A stretch of DNA of 64,000 nt from contig OZ037767.1 of the NCBI GenBank assembly GCA_964035545.1, forward strand, positions 1,995,680 through 2,059,679. Reading direction: 5' to 3'. The notes beneath the pieces were generated by a model that had not been told where the DNA came from, made no database searches, and saw only the letters and a program-made list of their open reading frames with translations. Positions 1 through 10,660 of this stretch are shown one piece after another. Position numbers and translations under genes: made by a program. How positions within the stretch are numbered: position 1 is the stretch's first letter; every line of letters begins with the position of its first letter. The DNA is from Bugula neritina. Lineage: Eukaryota > Animalia > Bryozoa.

Positions 1-42
1 GTAACTTCATTAAAATAAATAATTATAATAGAAACATTTTTA

Positions 43-188
43 TTTACTACTTTCTTATCAAAGTCAATTAATATATTGGACACTATTGTATCCATCTTCA
101 GAGTTATAAATTGACTGTATAGGTAACTCTGTCAATGGATAAAATATTGTCCAATATATTAGTTTATTTTGACAAATAAAGTAGTAAA
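43..188. repeat. Imperfect long inverted repeat (foldback/MITE-like relic)
   Basis: 43-106 (TTTACTACTTTCTTATCAAAG...CAGAGTTA) is the imperfect reverse complement of 123-188 (TAACTCTG...AAAGTAGTAAA), with a ~16-nt spacer. Confidence 0.7.
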
Positions 189-3100
189 CAAGAAAAATGC
201 TTGTTGTTTATTCATGTTTAATAATATATTTAGTAGATAGTTTCAACTTGCCAAGTTCTATATTTAAATTTATTTCATATGTTACATTCAAAGCAATTAT
301 TATTTGATTGCTTCTACATTGTGAGGGCTGTCCTTGCATTGGCTTGGAATTGAACCACGTCAGCCATTTGTATAGCTACTCATTTACCATATTTGATATT
401 CGTTTAAATATATCAAATTTTTAGTATCAAGATTTTGAATTACTTTATTGATTTTCGACTTTTACATGAAAAGAGAGAGTAGTATATAAATAGAAAATAT
501 TCATAGTGTGTTTAGTATAATATTATAATAAGTTTATGTGTGTTTTGGTTTGGCTAACGTTGATATAGGGCTAGCTTACATTACCCGTTGCTGATCAATA
601 TAGTTTGAATATCCGTCAGTGTTTTGTATTTACTTAAGGTAATGTTAAGCTTGCCGTGGCGCCATAGGTCTCGGTGTACATGCATCTTAGATATAGTCAG
701 AGGTGAGGTATCATGTATGCACCATCTACGCACACCTCCGTATTATATTAATATGTCAGCCGTGAGAGGAAAATGCAGAGGTAATGCAGTCAGCGAAGGA
801 TGCATAATACCGCCGGTATTCACGGTCATGTGAAGTACGCTCTATACGGTGTAACTAATATGCCACTATGCAAACTCCATCTATTGACAATACACTCACT
901 GGAGAGTAGACAAATTTACAGAAAATATTACCTTTGTTTGTGTGTCATACTTTCATCTACTTAATATTCTAACTCTGTAAACATTGCTATTAATACCGTG
1001 AAATGAACAATTCACCCTCTACCTGTCTGGTCAGCTTATAGCTAATGAGTGGATTAAAATCCGATGCATTTGATATTAGGCGAAGGTTTTACCAGTTTGT
1101 TTTTTAGTTTGAAAAAGTATTTTAATTTTGTTGCCTGATTTAATTTGTTTCAAAAAATTACTAAACATCAATTCTTTGTTATTGTTGAATTTCCCCATCC
1201 TGCAATATCGGGTATTGATCATTGTTGGTATTACAAGGGTTTGCACACAGCTTACTGACTCTGTAAATGTTTAGCTACTGCTTATTATAGTGGAAAATAT
1301 TGAAAGCTGTTAATTTATATTTGCCATATTACTCCACAATGAGATAAGAGTCAAATGACTAAACAACTATATGGAGATAAAATTTTAATTAAATAATTAT
1401 TTGTGGACTTAAAATTCATTATGATATATTCGTCCTAAACATATCTAGCTGCACAGCTTTTATAATAACTTTGTAATTTTTGGACTTATTTTGTTGAAAT
1501 AATTTTGATTTCTCAAAGTCGTGTGTTCTATTAAAACCAGCAAGGATATAGTTTCTTTGTCAAGGGTGTGTGTTGCAACGTCACAATGATTTTGAAATGC
1601 CCGATATCAGTAAGGGTGTTTGGTATGGAAAGTGACGCTAAAGAACTCGTTATCATCTTCTGTGAAAGATAGTAGCTATGTCTGTGTGACAACGGTGTAG
1701 TGTTTTCAGGCGATAATATTGCTTCACCTACTCTACGTAGATACCTACACTAACTCACTCTGCCCTTGTCCCTTTATCATGTTCCACTGGCTTTTGTGCG
1801 GTGTACAAAAATAGATTCATCAACAATTATTATGCTCAAGTTATCATTGTAAAGGTCTATTAACTAGATATCATTATATAAAGTAAGTTATGCAAGAAAT
1901 GTTTACTTTATTGTTTCTAATCATAAACATTAATTTGGGAGCTTCTTTTGCTATTATTCCATTCAGCAATCAGTTTGAAATCAACTATAGGCATTTCTGT
2001 TAGACCGTGACACGATTTTACTAAAAGATAGAATGTAAAAAAATTAAAGTCTGTTATGGTGCAGTTTGGTGTCCTTAGCACTATCAAGGATTGGCATAAA
2101 GAATTGTAATTAGCCTATTTATAGAGATGAGCCGTCTACTAATGGAAAGATTTATTTTGTACATAGATAAAATTCCTGGCCATGTCAATTTGTATTGAAC
2201 AAGCTTTACGTTAAATTCTACAATTTTTTTCCTATAACAAAATAAATAATATTAAAAAACTAAACAGTAATAAAAAATCAAAAGTAATAAGAAAATAAAT
2301 AATAAAACAATAAAAAGTAATAGAAAATAAACAGTAATAGAACAATAAATATTAATAGAAAAACTGACACAAGTATACAAATAAAGCATCTGGAATGTTA
2401 CAGTGATAGCTGCAGATGGTGGACAGAATTTCCAATCAATATACACAGGAATAGTGCTGGGTCATATTTATGTTGGCTCTTAGGAGCTCTCTTCAGTTTA
2501 CCACAATGCTTAAGGGAGAGGAGCGTGCACTTGCTTCAACTCCCACTGTTATAAAAAATAAATACCAATTACCGCATGTAAAAACAGGAAATCGTATCTA
2601 TTCAAGCATACGCTAAAATTGTACACTGCTCTATGATTGTAAGCTTTCAGAAATGTTTTAATAGAAATAGGGACTCCCAAAGCATTTGTGGTTTTTATAG
2701 CACGCAGCATGGCTTATAATGGCTGGTGTAAGGCCAGCAACATTTAAATTCTAGCGGGCCAATAATTTATTTGCTTTTCCATAGTTAATTTGTCTAATAA
2801 TTACAGGTATGCCGTAGTATCAGTTGCTGCTTGTTTAGTAGTACACATCTCTGTGGATATTACAGTTCAAGTAGTAATCTGCTAGTGTATTAGTAAATAA
2901 ATTATGTATACAAATCAGTGATAATTGTATGTATATACAGCAAATACTAGAGTAGTGTTATACAAATGTGTACATTTGTAAAATATACACACAAACTGAC
3001 TATTTAACAGAGTAAACTCTTTGTATTATCTATTTTATTTGTATTATAGATAGTAACGTAAAGATGACCAGATATATTGTTGACATTTCTCTGATGTTAT

Positions 3101-5008
3101 TTGTAGAAAGGGAATAGGGACTGTGGTGTGTGTATAAAATATGTGTATAGACTAAAAATTCAACTATCACATGCATAATTGACCCAATGAAAACATTGTA
3201 AGTGTAGTAGTTTTGTGCAATCATTCGAGAAATAAGTAAATACAGCCTCAACTGGCTGGCAAACATTGTGAAAATACTCGATATTGATCTGAATTCTAAT
3301 GACTAAATAATGGAACCTCTCCTGAAATAATGCGTTCATGAAATATTAATGTAAAGTTGGATTGAATTGGATTAGCAGTGAAAGAAGAAATGACAAAACA
3401 ATAATGTATTACATGAGATGTTTATATGAAAGCCATACAACTGCTGGAAAAACACTACAAAGCACACACAGTGAATCGCCTCTTGTCAAACCTAAAAGCT
3501 CTTTTCCTTATAACCCATTTGGCTCCAAAGCAAACAAAAGGCTGGAAATGACATACAAGGAATGGTTATTAGCAGTGGATGCATTTGTGCAATTGAAAAA
3601 GCTGTATATGATGCATTGCCAGCGAATAATAGCCAGCTATTCATGCTAGTTTCACATCATCCGCTTCTTAATTGTATTGTTCTTTTGGCCATTCTTTTTT
3701 AAATCTACATGTTTGTATATTTTTCTTATGTTGTCATTATTATAAGAACATGTTATAAAGGAGGATTCGGCTAAAATAACAAAAATGCCATTAGGTGAAT
3801 AAGGTGTATGTGCTAATGGCATGTTTTTATAGAACATATCTTATTTTTTATCACTACACCTTTTCATTAAGCAAGTGTTGGGCTTTGTCACCCTGAAACA
3901 TGCAGTTTGACAGGCGTGGGAGGTGGTTGCTAATCATTCACTGGTTGACGTACTATCTATACCACTTCTGGGCCACTTCTGTTTATCTTTAATTAATTTT
4001 TTAATCATTACCATTGGGCTAGTCTCACAAAGAAAATGTTTGAAATATTGCGGAAATTTCTAGAACAAGTAAAAGCTAAGTGTTATGTGATAAGTGGCCC
4101 GCTCAGCATCTGAAAGATGAATAAATCTTGTCTGCTCAGGTGTAATAGAATTGTTCCAACTTTTATTCACCAGGAGCTAAAATTGACTGGTTTATAGAAA
4201 GCTGTTATCATAACATGGGTCTAGCCATAAATATATTTGCTTTTCCATTGTTGACTAGATGTTAATATTTTATTTACATTGGGATGAGATAGTAAAATTT
4301 AACCAAACAGAACATAAATTTCTCCCATAGCTTTTAAATGAACAATATATTCTAAAATAAAAGGTGATAGGAACATCTGCACGCATCTGAATGTTATTAT
4401 AAATAGTATAGGAGCTTTATATTCATATTGTAACAATAATAACAATCTGAAATAATTTTACGGTATAACTTGTCTAAGAATTAAATTTAATGGAATTGGT
4501 CACATTATTGGTGTGAGATTATAAATAAAGGTGGGACAAGTGTGTGCACTGTCACTTAACATGTCACTTCTTTTGTTACTTTTGAAATGCAAAAATTTGA
4601 AAAGTGTTTTGTTTCCTGTTTCATGACATTCACTGACAATAGATCTAGATCTCTACTCTGTGCACCGTGGCTTTTTACAATTTCTTTAAAATATTAGTGT
4701 TAAATAAACAATGGAGAGCTATCCTGGACATCAACATGAAGGCTTTTGAATGGGGTTTTGTCCTTTTACTCAATAGATAACCTGGGGTGATCACGCCTCA
4801 GTGAATCCAGTGAATGCGTAAAGATAATTCATACTTTTAGATGAAAATCTAAAAATCTAGATCTGAAAATAGTTTGAACTTTTTTATTTCTGAGGCCCAA
4901 CTCACATTTTTAGGCTTTTACATTTTTTTACAGAGTATGTTTTCTCTTTTGTGTGTTTGGATTATGCTAGTTTCTCCTTTGACCTCTAGCTTCAATTTAT
5001 TGTTACAG

Positions 5009-5847
5009 AAGCAGTTGGCCACAACTCAGCAGGAGAGAGATATGGTTATGAGTAAACTGTCAGCGCTAGAAGAAGACAACAGCAACCTTAAAATATACTA
5101 TGGGTGGGTATCAATTACCCTCGTATAAATAACTCAGCAATGTAAATTTCATGCCTTGCTTGAGGTATTCCCTTCAGAATACCTGCAGGTTACACCTATT
5201 CATATTCTGCTGATCCAACTTGCTGCGCGTCTGCATGTTTCAACTCATAATATCTGCAAGTCACATTCACTATTTTATATATTTATAGGTTGATAAAACA
5301 TAGTAATCACTTCTATATATTCTGTAGGTTATACCTAGTGATATTTTCTGTAGGTTACACCTAGGGATATTTATTGTAGGTTACACTTAGGGATATTTAC
5401 TGTAGATTACACCTAGTGATATTTTCTGTAGGTTACACAAGGCGCTGTCGAAGGAGCAGAGCTGGAAGGAGCAGTATAACAACTCCCTCAATCAGATGCA
5501 GCAAGTTCTGGCTCAGAGAGACGGCACAGTAATCGATGCCCAGAAGGAAACCAACCAATTACAGGAGGTTATACAAGAGCTCACTGACGAACGAGATTTA
5601 CTCAGACAAAATCTGCAAAAATTGCACAATTCGGAGAAGGAGCATTTAAAGAATAGTGAAAAGTATGGTTTGTCTAACTTTTAGTAATGGTTACCTTTGA
5701 GAATAGAACTGAAAGTTTAGAAAATATCAGTTATATTTAAAGTGTAGGCTGAGATTTAACTTCTATGATTTTAGGCTCCAAAGGCACGTAAGCGTGCTGC
5801 AGAAGAAGTTGAAAAGAATTTCTCACGGTGACTTGGGCTCAGTATAG
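5009..5847 (+). CDS. MIPOL1: MIPOL1-like coiled-coil protein, last three coding exons (5' part not found in window)
   Basis: Exons 5009-5103, 5432-5662 and 5775-5847 have GT-AG borders and compatible phases: KQLATTQQERDMVMSKLSALEEDNSNLKIYYGLHKALSKEQSWKEQYN...EKLQRHVSVLQKKLKRISHGDLGSV*. This matches the recalled vertebrate MIPOL1 C-terminus (L.IYYSLHKSLSQE..LK.QFN...KLERLVDVLRKK). The position convergent with foxA is the known arrangement. Confidence 0.8.
5321..5438 (+). repeat. 26-bp minisatellite built from the splice acceptor of a mipol1 exon
   Basis: Unit ~TGTAGGTTACACCTAGTGATATTTTC; AG dinucleotides end at 5327, 5353, 5379, 5405 and 5431. Confidence 0.85.
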
Positions 5848-6605
5848 AATCAGCTGCTATGATGTGTACAGTGACCATGACCTCTTCACTTACTCATATT
5901 GGATCTCAAATACCTTAACATTACGTATATCTGTGATTGCACTATGCATTTTTGAATTCAAGATTAAATATTTACAGATTTATGATATTAAACTGAGCCT
6001 TTGACTGTTAATTATTTTAGTATAATTTAATGACATCTAATTCAACAAAGCTGCCACACTCCTTATATGCAACTTTTCTCTCTTTTAGAGATTATAAACT
6101 TTCTGAATTATGCATGTTGTCTGCCAGTATCTTCCAAAATGCAGAATTATGCCCTGAATTGACTGCTTGGAAATTAGAAATCCTTCTAAAGTGTGTGTTC
6201 ATAATTTAATTTATTTGGATTTATATATTTTATATAGCTTGATAGAGTTTTGCATGTTTTTTATGAAGCGAGTGCCTTATATATTGACCTGTGATGTAAC
6301 AATCCCCTCCTTCAATTTTCTCCGCATTGTCACTGTTGGAAATTTATTGTGACTAAATAATTATTATAGTTGCTAATTATTTATACTTGTATGCTCTCTC
6401 TTGTAATAAAGCTAATTAAAAATTGAAAATTGACACATTTTTTTGAGAAGTAAGTAAATATTTTCAATAATAAAAGCATAGTCATTGTAAGCATATATGA
6501 TGCTTTTTGTGTTGTATAAATTATTTATGATGTCATTTAGATAGCACCTGATGAAAGCCGAGACCTTCTGTTTTAATGGCATTTAGTCCTTTTCCGATAG
6601 AAAGA

Positions 6606-6715
6606 ATACTTTATATTCTTTCTCTTGTGTGTATTGTTATGGCTGAGTCATGCATTGAACAATGTACATGACACTAATACAATTTGAATCATCATGCATT
6701 TGCGTAGGTCCTTAA
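6606..6715 (+). repeat. 110-bp direct repeat, copy 1 (left flank of transposon, ends in TTAA)
   Basis: Identical by eye to 10551-10660. Confidence 0.95.
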
Positions 6716-7434
6716 GGCTGGACTATGATTAAAAATTAAGAAATTGTGGTCAATTTGGCCATATTTGGATTTTACTATGCATAAAAACTCTAAAATTTCC
6801 AGATTCGAGTGATGTGATTCTTTTTGATATTCTACTTTTCTTTCTATTAAAATTGTGTATTTAAAGTTACCCCTTTGTTGCAACTGGTGTGAAAAACAAA
6901 AAAAATGCAGCCATAATCACTAACTTTAGCACCATTGTTAACTGTTTTCAACTCGGCATTCTCAGTTGCACTGTACAGCATTAGTTTCAGAAAAGCCTAC
7001 TTTACTAATGGGCAGTGTATAACACCTCTCAGTAAGCGCATTGAGGCAAAACAAAGATAATTGATTTAGCATAGTTTTGTCGGATTTTATTACCCTGACC
7101 CCGTGACCCGCGATTCACTTCATTTATTGGCTGTGCTTATCGCGTGATCTGTGACGCACATCCTGTTTGCCAAAACGAACAAAGAAGCTACACGCAATAT
7201 TCCAAACTGCCAAAACAATCTGATAATTTACCATCAATCCTTCATCTAGATCTTCTACAACCGGTGAAAATAAAGAGAAGACATATTTGACTTTATATTT
7301 ATCAACATTTTGTTTTACGAAGTGCCGTGATTTACTTATTTTGACATTAGTAATATTACATAATATTTATATTCGTACCGACTCGTTATATAAGTCTCTA
7401 ACATAGCAGCACGTATACTACAGACACAGTAAAC

Positions 7435-9426
7435 ATGCCTAAGGTTAAAAAAAGGCAGTTTCGAGGAAATCAGTACAGAAAAGCTGACCCAGTACTAGAT
7501 ATTACTACTAGTACTACTACTACGACGCCTGCAAGTGCTACGACGCCTGCAACTGCAAGTGCAACGACGCCCACAACTACGCCTACTACTAGACCACCCA
7601 TGACGATTACTACTACTACTACTACTACTATTGCCGGCACCGCTACGCCAGTTATCGCTACTACTATTAGTAACACTAATGTAACTAACTCTACTGCACA
7701 TCTAAGTGCATCTACAAGCTTTTCAGTTAGTACTATGGACTTTCAATTGGAGCCCCAGTCTGCTGCATCTGACCATCAACTTATACCACCGACTGCCTCC
7801 AGCTCTTTGAGTCTGACTAGTGATGCTACACCTACAGTTACCGGCACTACTCCTGCTGCAACTGCCAGCTCTGCTAAACTAAATGATCAGCTAAGTACTT
7901 CAAATTTCTTATTTAGTTCTGCAAATTCTCAGCCTGACAGTATTATAGTGCAGACTAAGTTAGTTTTAGAACTTATGGGTAGGTTGTCATCTGGTAGTAT
8001 TGCTTGTAAAGATCACCCTGCTATGTCCTTGCGAATTAGTGTAAAATGCCATAGTGGAATTGTACCAGCTTTTGATTTTACCTGTTCTGTTTGTGGTGTT
8101 CTTATTGAAAGTAGTGTAATGAGTGATCGTGATGTAGATCATAGGTTTTCTTTGAATACTCGGTTGGCTTTTGGTACAACCTTGGCAGGTGGGCATAGAA
8201 GTACTGCTGCAACTATTTCTGCTCATCTAGGTTTGCCCCCACCTGTCGCTTTTAGTGAGTGGGCCAAGGATGTAGAGCGACTTGGTAACATTACTAAGGA
8301 GCTAGCTAGTAAGTCAATGGACCAGGCTGCCAGGGAAGCTGCTAGTATGAGTAACAGTAGTGATATAACAGTATCTTGTGATGGTACCTGGCAGCGTAGG
8401 GGCTTTAGTAGTAAGAATGGGGTAGCTACTGTTATTACCCATTCAGTAGGAAAACCAGGTAAAGTAGTTGATACTGAAGTTCTCTCTAGTTATTGTTTTA
8501 CATGTGCCAGTCATAAAGATAGTATACCACCAGAGCATAGTTGTGTCAAAAATCATGAGGGTTCAGCTGGTGGTATGGAGCCGGTAGGTATGGTTAGAAT
8601 TTTCAGGAGGTCAGTCGAGAAGAGAGGAGTACGGTTTGTAAAATATTTAGGGGATGGAGACTCCAAGTCTTATAGTGCTGTAAGTAAGGCCCAACCCTAT
8701 GGCCCAGATGTTGTTGTTGAGAAACTTGAATGCGTAGGTCATGTGCAAAAGCGAATGGGCAAGCTTTTATTAGATAAAGTGCAGCAATGTAAGGGAAAAG
8801 AGTTTTATTGGGAAGGCCGTAAGTATAAAGGTATAGGAGGTAGTGGTAAGTTGCATAAAGCTGCTATAAAGAGAATTCAGGGTCATTATGGAGCAGCTAT
8901 TAGGAATAATGTAGGAAACTTAGAGGGTATGAAAGCAAGCATTTGGAGAATATGGCATCATAGGAATAGGAATCATAGCTCATGTGATAATTCTTGCCCG
9001 GCAGTAAATGGTAGTGGTGATGGTAATTCGAATAGTCTCCCACCTTTTGTACTAGAAGAGATAAAACCGGTTTTTGAAGCTCTTACAGCCGATTCTCTGC
9101 TTTCAAAATGCTTGCATGGGGGTACACAAAATAATAACGAGTCTTTTCATAGGATAATTTGGTTACTTTGCCCTAAAGTGCAGTTTGTGCAGAAGCCTAG
9201 GTTAGAACTTGCTGTCAACTGTGCTGTCTTACAATTCAATGATGGTAGTACTGCTCTTGCTGCTGTTTATGATATTTTAGGAATAACGATTGGAAAACAG
9301 CTGGTAATGCACACCCACAAAAAAGATCTGCAGAGAATAAAGGCTTCCAAGAGACGGGCCACCTATCAAAGAGCAACAATAGCCAGACGACCTGACCGGA
9401 GTGACTACCAAGCTGGAGCTTTTTAG
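7435..9426 (+). CDS. Kolobok-type DDE transposase (often auto-annotated as Mutator-like), 663 aa, intronless
   Basis: Motifs SCDGTWQRRGFSSKNG (D), KYLGDGDSKS (D), ECVGHVQKRMG (CxxH) and TQNNNESFH (E); Cys/His clusters; basic N-terminus followed by a Thr-rich low-complexity tract. Confidence 0.9.
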   Translation: MPKVKKRQFRGNQYRKADPVLDITTSTTTTTPASATTPATASATTPTTTPTTRPPMTITTTTTTTIAGTATPVIATTISNTNVTNSTAHLSASTSFSVSTMDFQLEPQSAASDHQLIPPTASSSLSLTSDATPTVTGTTPAATASSAKLNDQLSTSNFLFSSANSQPDSIIVQTKLVLELMGRLSSGSIACKDHPAMSLRISVKCHSGIVPAFDFTCSVCGVLIESSVMSDRDVDHRFSLNTRLAFGTTLAGGHRSTAATISAHLGLPPPVAFSEWAKDVERLGNITKELASKSMDQAAREAASMSNSSDITVSCDGTWQRRGFSSKNGVATVITHSVGKPGKVVDTEVLSSYCFTCASHKDSIPPEHSCVKNHEGSAGGMEPVGMVRIFRRSVEKRGVRFVKYLGDGDSKSYSAVSKAQPYGPDVVVEKLECVGHVQKRMGKLLLDKVQQCKGKEFYWEGRKYKGIGGSGKLHKAAIKRIQGHYGAAIRNNVGNLEGMKASIWRIWHHRNRNHSSCDNSCPAVNGSGDGNSNSLPPFVLEEIKPVFEALTADSLLSKCLHGGTQNNNESFHRIIWLLCPKVQFVQKPRLELAVNCAVLQFNDGSTALAAVYDILGITIGKQLVMHTHKKDLQRIKASKRRATYQRATIARRPDRSDYQAGAF

Positions 9427-9470
9427 AGATGAAATTTCAATAAACCCTCAACTTTGAAGATAAGTTAACT

Positions 9471-9730
9471 TTGTTACTTCGCCCCCAAAGTGAAAATTTT
9501 ACAAAAACCTAAGTTTATTTTTGTTGTCAGCTGTTCTGTCGTATAATTCAATGATAATAGTACTGATTTTGTACCTGTTTACTTTGTTTTAGGAACACTG
9601 ATTGTGAAGCAGTTTGCCATTTATACCCACAAAAAGATCTTCTAATAATAGTGAGTTCCCGCCACAAAGCCCAGCAGTCTGGCCAAAGTATTACAAGACT
9701 GGAGTTTTCTGGAGATAGAACTTCACTAAA
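9471..9730 (+). pseudogene. Degenerate tandem copy of the transposase 3' end
   Basis: Colinear with 9161-9444 (GTTACTT.GCCC..AAAGTG, AATTCAATGAT..TAGTACTG, ACCCACAAAAA.GATCT, CTGGAG.TTT), with stops and indels. Confidence 0.75.
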
Positions 9731-9809
9731 TTTATAATTTATTCTGTAATTTTTTTTGAAATCATGCAAATACAACTAAGATTTTGAAATGAGATCATAT
9801 CGATTGATA

Positions 9810-10192
9810 AATTTTTCGTCATTGAATTTTTTATTTGTGTATTTTCGGTTGTTACAGTAGTAAAATTATTGCTTCTCCTATAGGTTTTATGCTATTTTTA
9901 TGAAATTTGGAGTATAATATGATGAGATGTGCTTCTAACAACCATGCCAAAATAATATATATTTAACTTGTAGGTTTCAAGATATAGTCATTTCAATTTA
10001 TTGAATTTTCGTCCTCAATTTTCTCATTTGTATGTTTTTTCGGTTGCTACGATAGTAAAATTCTATCTCCTCCTACAATTTTTGACCTACCCATATGAAA
10101 TTTGGAACATAATATGCTTAAATGTATATCTAGCAACCCTACCAGAATTGGGCATGTGCATGTAATAGGTTTCAAGATATGGTCATCTCAAT
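9810..10192 (+). repeat. Two ~195-bp diverged subterminal tandem repeats inside the transposon
   Basis: Shared blocks TTTTCGGTTG.TAC..TAGTAAAATT, ATGAAATTTGGA..ATAATATG and TAGGTTTCAAGATAT.GTCAT.TCAAT recur at about 195-bp spacing. Confidence 0.75.
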
Positions 10193-10550
10193 ACATGGTA
10201 CCTGCTAAAAATCTAGAACTCCGGCGAAAAGTGCATAGATCTTGTTATCTAGTAAACCTAGAAGGCTAAATGTGGTAGGGGTTCTAGATAAATATGTTTT
10301 GCTTCAAATTGTGGAGTTGGAGCAGAATTGAAATATTATTCTAGGAGAAGATAACTCTTTAGTGCACTCCGGCCAAAATCGCTATAATTTAACCTTGACC
10401 TCTGAAATTGTGGGGGGGTGTGGGTAGGCCCATGGTTAGGAACATATCAAAATTTGAGGTCAGTAGGGCTATTATTTTTCAAGATATGGCCAATCAAGTG
10501 GAAAATCAGAGTCCTGCATTGAACAATGTACTTTATATTTTATATACTTT

Positions 10551-10660
10551 ATACTTTATATTCTTTCTCTTGTGTGTATTGTTATGGCTGAGTCATGCAT
10601 TGAACAATGTACATGACACTAATACAATTTGAATCATCATGCATTTGCGTAGGTCCTTAA
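10551..10660 (+). repeat. 110-bp direct repeat, copy 2 (right flank, ends in TTAA)
   Basis: Identical to 6606-6715; preceded by a 33-bp filler (10518-10550). Confidence 0.95.

Larger units (their letters stand above)
6716..10517 (+). mobile_element. Kolobok-type DNA transposon
   Basis: Starts TTAA|GG. Short imperfect TIRs: GCTGGACTATGATT (6717-6730) vs the reverse complement of AATCAGAGTCCTGC (10504-10517), 12/14 identical. Subterminal TTGGCCATAT occurs inverted near both ends. One intact transposase ORF. Confidence 0.8.

Noticed and set aside
6606-10660. 110-bp repeats as LTRs or KolobokP-type long direct repeats
   Set aside because: They lie outside the TIRs, carry no TIRs or TG..CA ends themselves, there is no outer TSD, and no RT or His-Me nuclease ORF is present.
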